DNA of 62,780 nt, filler included, from Choristocarpus tenellus KU-1152 (taxonomy: Eukaryota; Protista; Phaeophyceae), in NCBI GenBank assembly GCA_964200185.2. It is 10 parts of 10 records of this genome, joined end to end, with 100 filler letters (N's around TTAATTAATTAA, not from the genome) between each part and the next. Parts side by side here need not be neighbours in the genome. Positions count along the whole stretch, not along the records: positions 5,955 to 16,358 come from CAXNAD020002947.1; positions 16,459 to 19,263 come from CAXNAD020024598.1; positions 19,364 to 36,656 come from CAXNAD020000690.1; 7 more parts are not named here. One strand, given 5' to 3'. The notes under the pieces are model-generated. The model made no database searches, was not told where the DNA came from, and saw only the letters and a program-made list of their open reading frames with translations. The position numbers and the translations under genes are program-made. Of the stretch, positions 11,982-25,200 are shown one piece after another (within the stretch, counting starts at the first letter, position 1; every line of letters starts with the position of its first letter).

Positions 11982-14900
11982 CTAGCCCTTGGTTGCTACA
12001 CCCTCTCCTGCTTCTTGTGCAGTCCAACCTGTGACTTGGGCATTATCACCTCCGCGTCCTCGACGTCGACTGCCATGGGAATGATCGCTGGAGTGCTGGG
12101 CAATACGACTGCCAAATTGGATAGCTCGCTTTGGCAGGGATCGGCAAGACTTGAGGCCTAGGATAGAGGCCACCTGACTCACAGCAGCCAAAAAATGGTA
12201 TGAAATGGGTACATTGTAACAACAAATGAGGGGAAAAAATTATCTAAAAGTTACCTCTCTGGGACCCCACCTTGTATGCCTGAATCAATATATGAGTTAA
12301 GTGGTGCAAACAAAATATCCAAAGTATGTTAACTCTGTGTGGGTACGCAGGTACAGTAAACATTGGGTTCCATTTTATCTGGTACAGATGCAGATCTGAA
12401 CCTGTGCCGGACATGGGGGTCATGCCAAACTCAAAGGTACTACTATGGCCTCGAGACAAGGACAGGGAGGGCCTCACACGCACTTGGACCGAGACTTTGG
12501 CATTGTGGTGTTCACAACCAGAATTTCATGTTTATTGCTCCCATGTAGTAGTACTTGAAGTAGCATGTAAGTAGTCAAGAGCAAAAAATAAACATTGTAC
12601 GAGAGCAGAGATACAGGTGTCCATCATCATCGTCCGCCATAAAAGGTTCCTTGTTGTTACGTGTTGATTCACTTTGTGGTATACACAGATACAGATATAG
12701 ATAGGTGTGTCATTCTCAGAAACATTCAGCAGGATCACCAAGGAGAAACGCACGTACCTGTCGAAGGATCTTCTTGTCCCCCTGCCCTGATGGCTCCTCC
12801 ATGTTGCACACCTCTTCTAACGGCAGTGATCTGACCAGTCAAGTGTGATAAAAAGGCAAGTGTTGCTTCCAACAAAAGCTTTTTCAAAAATCTCGTTTGA
12901 ATGTATGTGGTGTTCACACTGCACCCTACTGTTTGCCAACTCACCAGGAGCATTATATAGCGATGCCCACAACCATCAAGCACCCCCCTCTCAACAAAAA
13001 ATACATAAGAGCCAATTGCAACTAAAGAAAGGATGAGTATATACATCATTCTTGGCAAGAATTCTTCGAGAGTACTCTGAAGAGATTGTTGCACTCAAGC
13101 CCTGAGTATGTAACTACCAGCTGATGCAAGATGTATTCTGAACTTTGTAGTGGTTCAAGACCAGATACAGAAACACAGTAAGGATCACACCTATGCTGAG
13201 GAATAGGTCGTAGCAATTCACAAGAACTTGCTGCTTCCACCTTGTGACAATACCAAACACCCATTACTCCAAACCGAGTAAAGTCAATGGAGTTGATATC
13301 TTCAACACGATAAGTCTACTTATTTGAATCCTGACAAACTAACCCTACATCACAAACAGTTCCAGCTTGAAAATGAGAAAACGTACTGCAATAACAAAGA
13401 CCAGTTGTCCGAGGTACATTCAGTCCAGCAGGGTGATGCATCTCCCACCCACTCGGTAGGTTACTACATGCCCCACATCCAAACATACTTCAAAGGGGAA
13501 ACGAGACGCACTACTTTTCTCTTGTCACATGTGTACAAACTGGACACTGGGTGCATGGGGGCACATAGCACACTTGTAGGTACCAAGTAGATCTCGTATA
13601 TATCATCTGCTCCGGAGTGTGTACATGGATGGATGTTCTTGTGCATTTGACTGCAATCGGCAATCCACTATGATGAGAAAACATCACCCCCTGAACCACC
13701 AATCACTTGAGAAAACCGACCACTCATCAAATATCTTGAATTTCGCGGTTGGTAAACACACCAGACATATCGGGAGTACACCTCCTACTATACCACCACA
13801 TACCACAACAGTCCATACTAGTGCAATGACCCGGAGGTCACTAGGAGTAAGGTCTTCCAGTATTCCGCACAACAACGTAGAACCTACTATGAAACGTTAC
13901 AATGTGTTTGCTTGAACTCAACCTCCACATACACACCAGGTACTACTACCCATTGTAAGACGTGCATGTTACTATCAACAACATGACGACAATCGAAAGA
14001 CAAAAAGTCTGCATTCCTCTCCCCCTCCTCCCCCCCACAGCCAGAAATAAACTCAACTACCTTCTCACCTAAGGTATCCCAATACGTTCTCATCAAGATA
14101 CGGAAACCGGGCCTCTCGTCCATGGTCGGAGATGCACCGGTCATCACGCCCCAGGTTGCGCGCCCAGAGCCGCCCCTGGTCCTTCTGGAGTTCTGCTACC
14201 AGTGCAGCAATACCTGACACATACATATTTTTGTGGGTATATAACAGTTTATTTGATGCTCGAATGAAAATACCACGCGAGGTGGTTTGGTTGGCAGGGG
14301 ATATGGTACACCAAAGAGGATGTATTGAATTGAATGTGCAGGAACACTGCATTGGGCGGTGCAGGGTATTCGTCATGAAAAATACTTTTGCATGGGGTTT
14401 GGATGGGAGTATTGGCCTGCCTCTCAGCAAGGCATTGGCGGGGCAAGGGAGAGTGTTACAAAGTTGTTTTTTTCGAGGGCAAGCGCATTAAAGAATTTAG
14501 TTCAGTTGAGGAAACACATCATATTAGACAAAACATTACGGACGGCTACTCTGCAGGACTCTCGACAAAAACGATGCTGTATTGGGTATCATTCTGCATT
14601 TATTCAACCTTTCACATTGATTTTGGCAAGGGAGTAGCTGCCTAGAATCCTTTGCTAGGTTTGTAAGTGTACGGAAACCGACCCCATCGAATCGACTTAT
14701 GACAAGCGATACATACACTTTGGTATAATACTCTTGAGTACTTCAAAGAAACAGTGTATGACAATACTTACATATAGAGAGATATAGATGATGAAGTATA
14801 CACAGTATGGAATAGTAATGTAGTAAGTAGAGTATAAAATAATTCTTCGAAGTAGTTAGCTGCTTTGAAAGTATAAAGTCTTCCTCGAGTCACTAGCCCT

Positions 14901-16358
14901 GATCCTCAACGTTCAACAAAATCACCTCCAGATTATGCAAACATTCCTGGGGTCAACAATTTCTCCATACACTATGCATGTCTCTGAGATCAAATACACC
15001 ATTTCAAGCGGTGATTGCTATTGTTTAATCGTGTATGGAGGTTCAAGCGGTGATTCCAGTACTATTCACATTTAATCGTGTACTATGTAGTACAACCTAA
15101 GTCTTCACGTTGTGGTCCAGTACAGGAAATGTAACAAATGAGGTGTGCACCACAGCTAACCTATTAGCACCAACAACAAAACTTGAACAAATACTTTGGA
15201 ATACAGACTTTCTGATTATGTCCACTGGTGAACAATTTCACGTGACGTTCCTCTATACATCCACATACTCTCAGCCAACTTGCCCTTGTTGGCAGGCCCA
15301 TCCTTTCCAAGTACCTCAATCTTACAACCCTTTTTCTCACCTCCTTTCTTGTAGGTGTTTCGGTGCCTGCTGTACCCTCCCATGAACTCATCCGCCCCAG
15401 TGCCTAACAACAACACACGAACATTGGAGATATACGCCTCCCCAAGACTTCCCCTCCCCTCTCCCTGAACTAAACCACCCCCATCCGGTCCCACCCCACC
15501 ATTCCCAACTTGAGCTTCCTGACCACAAGCCCCTCGAGCCTTTAACCCAGCCCTCTTTCCCAACTGGTTTTCTGCAAGGCACCTAGACCGATGCCCAGGA
15601 CACAAGACACACAGACAATCTTGCAACTCAACACTTGGGCACCCCTCGCACACAGGTGTGCCCGCCCTCCCCGACTTACTCCCGCCATTACCGCCCTGGC
15701 CCAACCCAGTCCTCTCTACCCAGAGCACAGGAGGAACTGGCAACGCCCACCTTCGCCTACAAGCCTGCCCCCACGCGCACACACCACCAGGTTTGCCCCT
15801 TGGCAGTACCTCTGTGGCAAGTCTAAGGAGGCGTTTACGCATGTCATCATCGCTCTGTGGATTCGAGAGACTGGAAGCGCCCGGTTGTGTGGGCAGGGGG
15901 GGTGGGGATGGAGAGGAGGAAAGAGCAAGCCCCCCCAAGAAGGAGAGCAAATAGGATTCGAGACCTTGTCGGGCCTTGGCCTCTGCCACTGCCTTCCAAT
16001 CCACCTTTTTCCCAACGTTACCATCTGGTTCAGAAGCGTGAATGTTACCCTCCTTGACACCATTGTTGCATCCAGGGGCAGTTTCCTCAACATCTTCTTC
16101 TGATGTGGTTGCAGCTGGCCGTGTTTCCGGTGTTGTCCCCCCTGCCCCTGCCCCAGTCACTGCTGAGCCCGAGCCCTCCGCACCCCCAAGACAACTCCCA
16201 ACCAGCCGCTGCGCCCTCAAGCAGCACCTCTTGCACACTTGGAAAGAGCAGTTGAGTTTGAGGAGGTACCTGCAACCAGGCACTGGGCAGGCCACGTGGT
16301 GAACACCCCCCCCTTTCTCCCCCCCGCTCCCCCCCCCCCCCTTCCCCCCCAAGGCCCC
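11982..16358 (-). CDS. ASNSD1: Asparagine synthetase domain-containing protein 1, 3' part (5' end beyond contig). Exons 16358-15341, 14213-14069, 12830-12758, 12173-11982
   Basis: Motifs [69 protein letters not shown]. The GT-AG junctions are phase-consistent. Confidence 0.92.
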
Positions 16359-16458
16359 NNNNNNNNNNNNNNNNNNNNNNNNNNNNNNNNNNNNNNNNNN
16401 NNTTAATTAATTAANNNNNNNNNNNNNNNNNNNNNNNNNNNNNNNNNNNNNNNNNNNN

Positions 16459-19263
16459 CCCAACTCAGTCTCCCGCCCCCCCCTCTCACTCCTCCCCTCA
16501 GAATCTGAATCAATGCCCCCACCCGTCACAGAATTTTCCATTCCCCTGTTCTTCCCAGCCCCCTTCTCCTTACCTGACTTAGGGTCAGGGTTAGGGTTAG
16601 AAACGCCTCTCTTCGCCCTTGGATCCCTACACTCCGGTTGACCCACCTTCATCTGACCCTTTGCCTCAGCCTTGCCACACCTCTTCTCTTCAAAACCACC
16701 CTTATTTTTTCCAGGTGTTTCAGCTCCAGAGCCCTCTCCAGTAGGACCTTGTTTAAGGGTATCCGCTCCAGAGCCTTGTTCTGCCCCACCCTCTACCTCC
16801 ATTGCCACTGGTTCTGCAGATGGACTGCAGTTCGGAGGAGGCATGTCAAGGCAATTGAACCTCAAGGACCAGGTGACAACCTCTTTGGCACCGCCTGGCC
16901 ACGGCTGGAACTCCACAAGGTGGTAATTGGGACCATGACTGACAGTTGGGCTCCTGATGACAACCCCCTGAAGATTGAAGATGTTTAAAGGCAGCAAGGT
17001 ATATTTTAGAGATAGAGAGGACAAGTCTTGAGTACCTTTGTAGAAAATACAACTGAATCAAGATGAGTGCATCGAAAAATGTGAACTCTTGTACTGGTCA
17101 TGATGATAAGATTCAGCAAGTGCAACCCAGGGCGAAAAATAATCTGAGGGGTTTATCAACCGCTTCCCTCAAGCAAAGAGGTTATACTGCTGTGGGAACT
17201 TTGTTCCTCCAAGATCAGCACCTACACCAATACAGGTAGGGTAGTACCAAAGTTTGAGAAGGACTAAGGGACAGTTACAAAACATCAGAAGTGTACGCCA
17301 GCTTAAACCCAAAGAGTGTTAGACGCTACCATGGGAGAAGCTCCACACCACATGACACTTCTCCAAGAGATGTGAGGACGTTAATCCCAGCACACTAACT
17401 CTCCAAGGCTAAAGTATCTGAAGCTGACTCTTGCTAGCATACCTCGACAGTCCTACTCCCAAGACTGTTTGGTACGAAACTGTTGTAACTGTTGTAACTG
17501 TTGCTATTTCATGTGAAGCACCTGCTCTCCCTCCTTCCCTCCCCAATACACCAATAGATACATGTGAGCACCCATAGACAAATGTCCAAATCACCAACCA
17601 TGAGCATATCCATGAATCAACAACATACCCACACCACACCATCTTCACTTAACCCACTCCCACCCTCACTGCTGGCCTCAACTTAGCCCTAATCCTACAC
17701 TCTCAAAATTCAACCAATCATATCGCAATACTCCTGTCGAAGAGAACTCTTCTCAAAACAAACTCACCCTTCTGCCAACCAAGTCCTCTCCCTCAACACC
17801 AGCTGACTTTGGCATGGGGTGTCCCATACGACTGTTGTTCATCGCAGGAACCAGCACCACAGTTCCAACCTTGTACCCCCATATCTTGCCAGTACCCTCC
17901 TTTCGCATAGGTCCCCCAACACCCACAGGAACCGCTGCTGCTCTCTCCCCACTACCTGACAGAGAGAGCTCCTTCCGAGCTACACCATTCTCAGCATGGA
18001 CTTCACCTCTACTCAAAACAGCCCCCCCATCGGAAGGGCCATCCACTGGAACCTCTCCCATATTTTTGCCATGCCCACTAGGAGAGGCATCCAAAGAGCT
18101 GGACTGCGTGACCGGCTCTTTTGCCACCACTGTGCCTGAAGAAACTGAAGCCACTGCTGCCACACCTACCACTGCCGTGGCTGAGGCTGAACTAGACTCT
18201 GAGTGTGAGTGAGAGTCCGATACCAAGACATCGCTTCCAACAGTAGTAGACTCCCCCGTAACAGCACCGATAGTGTCGATAAGTGTGGTCTTGTCACAGC
18301 TGGGAACCTGCCCCTTGTCCTTAGCCTTATCTGTCTCTGTCTGCACTGCCTCTGTCTGCACTGCCTCTGTCTGCACTGCCTCCGTCTGCACACCAGCAAG
18401 AACGGAGTCAGTGATAACTTTGCCATCACCCACATCAGCCCCAACGCCTTCTGTATCACCACTGTTCACAGTGGGCGCTTCCAAGTTGAACCTGCTTTCA
18501 CTAGACTCACGCCGCGATCGCTCAGTTCCTCCCTCCATAGATACCCCCAGTTCTTGCAGCGGCAGGGGAGGTGACTGAGGTGGTGATGGCGATGATGCTC
18601 TGCTACTTTCAGGCATCTCCTCACATGGGCTTTGGTGAACCATGCCATTGCCCTCGCCACCCCGATCCTTCCGGGGTGATGCTTCCGCTCCCTCCACCTC
18701 CTTCACAGAAACTCCCTTCAGATGCTCACCCTTGCCATTTGCCCTAACCCTAACCCTAACCCCTGATTTACCAACGCTCGAATTCTCACCGCCTACCCCC
18801 TCAACTATGCGTAAAGCCTGCTCGGTCTGACCATGCTGACGTGCACCCTTCTCCTTGCCCCCCACGCTGCTGACATCCAAATCACTATCACCTCCAGAAA
18901 CCTTGCTACCGAGTGGGGAGTCCTCAGCAGCGGCAGCAACAGGCAAAGGAGACCCTGGAGCCTTGCCTGCACTATCGCTCCATTCTCCAAGACCACTCTT
19001 GCCACAGCTACCCTCCTTTTCAGATATCAACTGAGAATCCCTGTTGACAGAGGCAGCAGATTGCGAATCCACAGATATCATCAACTGAGAATCCCCGTTG
19101 ACAGAGGCAGCAGATTGCGAATCCACAGAGACTCCAGCGGCACCTACACACCGAGGATTGCTAGCAGAGGTGGTGCTAAGTGCTGAAGCGGGCACGGTGG
19201 GGGGTGCAGCAGATTTCGGAGCAGAGGCTGGGGCCAAGACAGGGAGTGGCGCGGGGGGAGGGG
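16459..19263 (-). CDS. Internal exons of a large low-complexity protein, possibly with a Tudor-like module
   Basis: A ~1.5-kb open exon (19263 to ~17768) ending EDLVGRR|GTGAGT, and a second open exon from ~16967 (GVVIRSP...HLVEF). S/G/E/A-rich. The connecting exon could not be resolved. Confidence 0.6.
18337..18392. repeat. Coding 15-bp tandem repeat (QTEAV x~4); also a ~57-bp coding duplication (SVDSQSAASVNxDSQL) at ~19021-19130
   Basis: Visible in both the DNA and the translation. Confidence 0.9.
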
Positions 19264-22234
19264 NNNNNNNNNNNNNNNNNNNNNNNNNNNNNNNNNNNNN
19301 NNNNNNNTTAATTAATTAANNNNNNNNNNNNNNNNNNNNNNNNNNNNNNNNNNNNNNNNNNNNGGCCGTCCCTTTCTATCTCCGATACCACTTTGTGCAT
19401 GTGACAGATCCCCCCTCCTCTTCAATAGACATAGGGACACACACGTCCACAGTCCACTAGGGTCACAGGCACATGTGTCTAACCATTTTGCCTAGCTAGC
19501 TAGGACTGCAGACATGCATATACAAACTTTCTACTGTGCTTAGCTAAGGTCACAGACTGGTGTGCACAAATTTGTTGGTCTTGTCTCACTAGTGTCAAAA
19601 ACATGCGCATTCAATCCTGGCATGGTAAGGTTGTGGACATGTGCATCCAACCTTTACCGAGATACGTGCAGCAACATTAGCCACATCTTAAACTTGTCCC
19701 AGTGTATCAAGCAACTCAAAGGTGTCTAGTAGCCCCACTTCAACCCCTAGATGCCAACCCAATGCCAACAGCTCAACGTCACAACATTCAATACAAGCTT
19801 TAGTCGGTCAAGATCACCAAATGGCAAATAAACCCTTTGACCATGACCACCGTCTTTTTTAATGTTGAGTCCAATCTCCAACATTCCCTGTGACGTACAC
19901 TACCTTGGTCCACATGGCTGCATTTCTCTAATAGTGGTTTACCCTTTTCTTCACCTGCTTCACAGGTTTACAATCAGCCCAGTGTCCAACCCTGGCAGGT
20001 GCTCCACCCTCTCTGTTCCCCCCCCTCCCCCCCCCCTTATATTTTGTCTCTCTGGCTCACTCTCTAAGTTCCATATTCCTTTATCAATGGTATGGCGCAC
20101 CCAGCCCCACCCTCCTCCCCTCCCCCATCTGACTGACTTTTAAGACGGTTACTCCTGAGTTTGGGTTGAGAGGTACCGTCATGGCAGGGATCTCTTGCAG
20201 CAATACTCAGATTCGAGAGGAAGGACAGTCTCACTGGCAAATACGTCTTATGGATTGTTAAGCAACTCAGATCTAGCTCTAATGAATGACACATGCTGCA
20301 TTAACAAAAGCACACTTCCAACTCTGCGTTGCAGTGTAGTGGAGATATTGATTGCAGAATAATTCGGCATTTCAACCCCTGGCATGGAGGCACCTGTCAT
20401 GCAACAGAGACCTTGCAGCAACACCCCGCTGAAGAGAGAAAAGTGTCATCAGTCTATATATGTGTGTGTGTGTACAGCAATCATATTCAAGGCAATGTAA
20501 CTAGTATTAAATTCTGAAGCTAGTATCACCCCAGAACATTCGGTTGTACTTGGGTCCATTTTGCTCCGCAATTAACATCCATTTCCAGGATCATGTTGGG
20601 GGTCAGCTTCTCTCTATCTTCCATCATCCATTTGCTCTGCAACATCCATTGTTCGACACCCACCTACTCTATAGTGTCTGTTGCCAGAACCATGTTTGGG
20701 GGGCAATGCTAATTTATCGTCTGCTGCCAATAAAATGCCCTAGTCCATTTGCTCTCCACAATAAGATCCATTGTTCAGAACCAATTACTCACTCCATATC
20801 GTCCATTACCAAGTTAACACTGTGGGTCATTTTCTCCATGACATCTGTCCATCCATTGTCCCAACAATGCTTTGCCGTGTTGTATCTGATACAATGTGGA
20901 GTTGTTGTACACGAGAACCAAGGTATTGTCCTCTCTCTCTCCACGCCAAGGTCACACCGATTGCATCCCACATGCTCGATTCTGAAGTCTCTCACCTCTC
21001 CATGTTGCCACGAGCAGGTTGGCCACTCCGACAGGGGACAAATATGTGTGTGCACGTCTCAAGTAGTTAAGGTAGTGAATAATGGGTACTACTGATTGAC
21101 CAGGTTCCAAAACAGGTACCAGAAATATATTTTTTTATTTATAATATACTGTTGCATCGATAGTTGCAGGGAGGATGGAGAATATTGTGCTAAACAAGTG
21201 CTCAATCACCTGTACAACCTCACTCACAAACTGCACCTATCCAGTAGTGCATACTCTTGTGTTGATGTGTGCGACCATGTCAGGCACACCAATGGACCCC
21301 ACCCGTGCACTAGAACTACAGAGCTCCACAACCCCCCACCCTCCATCCAAGCTACAAGAGATACACGGCACTACAGAGCACTTATATCACTCTATGGTGC
21401 CACAGGCTACCATATATTATCCCTAATCTGGCTTGGGGTGAAGGACACCGAGCACTACATACACCTTGTGCGCATTCGCATTGGACACAGCTGAGATATT
21501 GTGCCAAGGCAGTTTACCACACAAATTATTGCTATCTACTTTGAAGTAGTTATAGTATACCCTCTCCCCCTCTCCTCTACAGGCCACATAAGGAACCCCA
21601 TAATAGTTGGCACCCACAAAAATTCTAGTGCATGGGGGTCCTTCGGTGTGTGGGTATGTGGATGAGTCATGAATACATTATTATTTTCTCTGGAGTATAA
21701 CAATAATACACTGGAGTAGTAGCACACAATCATTTGTGGACTTACCATCTGCTCCCCCCCCCCAACTCAAGGTCTACGCAGCACCTTCCAAGGGAATGCC
21801 AAAACATTTATCTAACTATGTGCCCTTCAGAAACAGCTATGATACGTGTTTGCAGTAGTGGAAGCTCTTCATATCCAGTTTTCTTTGTGGGTGGGACATC
21901 TAAAAGAGAGCTCTGCCTGACGTAAATGCAAGCCATGATAATTATCTTTATCTAGCACATAGAATGAAGTCCTTGCAGTAAGGTTTTGCTCATTAGCAAC
22001 AATCATTACACTGATCGGTGTTTACATCAGGAAGGGTATTTGGGGGTGCGATATTGCCAGTTGCAACCTGATCCATACCTTGCTAGGCCAGCTTGGGCAG
22101 TCATAAAGGAGCAGCACGTAAACAATACTTAATAGTCACTACTTCATAGGAGTATGTGCAACAGGTCAACGTGAGTCAAACAAGCCTAGTTTCAATTTTA
22201 AAAGAACTAGCTAGAAAAAGGAGAAAAGGACGTC

Positions 22235-25200
22235 TCACAATGGCAGTACCATTTCTCCCTCCTCAGGCTCTTCATCTTCTTCCAAATCCTCAACTCCCTC
22301 CAAATCACCCTCTGCATCTGCCCCCTCCCCCTCATCATTGTTTTCCTCGTCTGGTTCCTCCTCAGCCAGCAGGTTGAAGGTAGGGTAAGTAATAATGTCT
22401 TGGACCAGAGTGGGATAAAGTCGTGCTTCCTCTGGGAGCACAACATACACCGTTGGAAACTCAATCACAGTCTGGTGACATAGATCACACATACGTTGGA
22501 GTTGGAGGGAGGAACAGAACAAGTGGATCAAAGGATGAAATTGGGATACTCTGAGCTAATAACTTGAGACAGCACAAAAAGGGAGCACTGAATAGTAATC
22601 ACAAACATCCAGTCAAGACCATCATTCAAAGAAGTAACATAGAGCATATTATCACTCTTCTTGATCTCAGTCATACCCACACTCCATACATCCTCTACAC
22701 AAGAAGCTGCTCTGTATGCATGGACCCATCCACGCACACACACACACACAATTGCACCTTTGGTACTCTTCATTTCTTTCTCATTGCTTCCATTGTTTTC
22801 AAACTCTTTGTATCTTCTGACCACCAGTTCAAGAAGATCGCACTAGTGTGTGACAATACCATACCATACAATACCATACAACAGAACACAACACAACACA
22901 ATGCAATACCACCTAGAATACACTTCTGCAACCATTACCTCTCACTCACCTTGTCCTTGAGAGCGATCTTCAGTGGATCTTCTGGGTTGAGTTCCCAATA
23001 TAGTGGTCGGTGGCTTGGACATGGCACCTGTGCCATAAATAAACGAAGCCCCTCATTCTGATTCTTTATCCCTTCCACAGTCTCCAAAAGTATTGCTTTC
23101 CCCTTTCCTTTACCCTTGACTGTCTCACTAGCTATTTCTCCTGGGGCTAATTGACATGAACTAACTTCCTTCCCCACTCCAGACCCTATACCAGAGCCAA
23201 GTTCCCCTGCATCTCCCTGCCTAGCCTTGATACCCTCCTTGAGCACAGTCCATGCTTTGTTAAATCTTCCGAGACGATGTCGGGTTGGGGCATTCCCTGG
23301 TCTGGGATCAAAGTGTTCAGCAAGAATCTTTCCGATTTGTGGACAATGAAGGGAAGGGAAGTGGGATGGTAGGAGGTGATGATACTATTGATAGTTGGGA
23401 AGCATTTCAATCCGCCTTCTTGGGGATATTGTCATGGAACATACTTCAATTTGTCCTTGTGCATGGTATTTGTCATGGAAAAGGTTGTAGTCTCTTCCTT
23501 CAGTGAGGAAGGCTTGCAGTCAAATCAAATGTGCACTGTGAACCTGACTCCTTCTGTGCTCTACACTTTCTCTTCCTGGGTGTTAAGAAAAGAGGGGTGA
23601 CCATGGACACTCTGAAAACGGGCCAGAAAATGGGCATCATCTTTCCAGAAGTGCTTATTTGTATTAGTGTCCTCTCCAGATGACATTGCTGCATCATACA
23701 CGGACTACCCTTCACACGCTGAAAGCTATATTCGACTCATGGCTCAAGCAACAGAGCAACATTTGCATTTACGTGTGATCTGCATTGTAGGTTTTTGCAA
23801 TTCCTTCGCAGATTACTATTCAGTGCTACATCAGAGGTATACTTGGAGATAAATATAATGCCTATATTTCATGAGCAGATACTAAATGCACAGTATACCT
23901 CTGATGTACTTCTAAAAGTTGAGTCCGATCAGGGCGTTTTGTCTTATCTGAAGTCAAAACGCATCAAACAAAGTGCAACCAAATGTCACACTTCCAAGGA
24001 CATCTTTCGACACACAGCCCTTGTTTTTATTGACCCTACGACACCAATACCACCTTCAGCAAAGAAATATAACAACTGAGGTACAAAATGTGATCTACTC
24101 AAGATCCGATCCTTCTTGTTTTATGGCTGTAGAAGTCCCATAAAACAACACACTCCACAACCCAACACCCCTCACTCTCACCTGGTGTAATGGTACATCC
24201 TCCCCCACATTACAGTCCGTCAAAATCACAGTATCAGAATCCCCCACCCCTTCAACCTGAGAGCCCACTCCTGTTCCCTGTCCAGCCCCTGCTCCAGCCC
24301 CCACAAATGACCATTCCAACCGCCAGCTTAGCTTCCACTCTTGGTCTCTACGTGTAAGTCGTTTGCAGACTCTGTCTTCTAGCTGTTGCGCCTCCCCATG
24401 ATCATCAAGGGGTTTCTTATTCTCAGACATCACCAATGCCTCTCTTTCCCTCGCACCTTGAACAAGATCAACCTCACATCTCTCACCCATTCTTGCACCA
24501 GCATCTGCCTCTGCCTCAGAGCCAACCGCCTGCTTACAATGTGGCACAGTTTTGGCTACCCCCCCATCCACAGTGTCGGTCCTCACCTCCAACAATCCAT
24601 TGATTGCCCCCAACGCTCCCTTGTCCCCTCCACCACCTGACCCCAACCGAGTGTCCTCCTTGTCCTTGCCGAGAAACTCTCCCTCCCCCCCCCCACCAGC
24701 ATTGACTGACTCTTCCTCTCCCCTGCCCCTGCCTGCGACCCTGGCCTCCCCCCCTCTTCGTTTTTGGCCCTTTCTACCACCCTTCCGGCCCCATCTGTTA
24801 CTGCCTTGGACCTTGTCCGATGCAGGCCTAGTCACAGTGGTTGTATTTGATTCCCTTCTGCCCATCCCCTTTGGCATGAGGAGAAGCTTTGTACCCCTGA
24901 GCTCGACCTCTTTCACAAGTCTCTGCAGGGACTTGTGCCGCCTGCCAATGTTAATAGACCATCCCCACACAGGTCGTGCATTACACAATGAAGATCAGGA
25001 ACCTCGAAATAGACTCTTTTCATATTGAGAACAACTATCGGGAGATGTATGTGATGTGCATGCGACTTGAGCATTTCTGTTTGTGCCATAGCACATAGCT
25101 GTGGGAGAAGGTGAGGGGAAAGGAGCATTGTTTCTGCCCATGCTTAGGACTAGGATTGAGACTAGCAATCTCTTGGAAGTCAGAAGTCAACAGTCTTAGG

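Noticed and set aside
13324-13590. VQQGDA as a non-LTR reverse transcriptase motif in an ASNSD1 intron
   Set aside because: No downstream YxDD or other RT motifs found.
15591-16302. Plus-strand ORFs overlapping ASNSD1 (likewise those opposite 17753-19237 and 24182-24941)
   Set aside because: Antisense shadows of GC-rich exons with no independent motifs.
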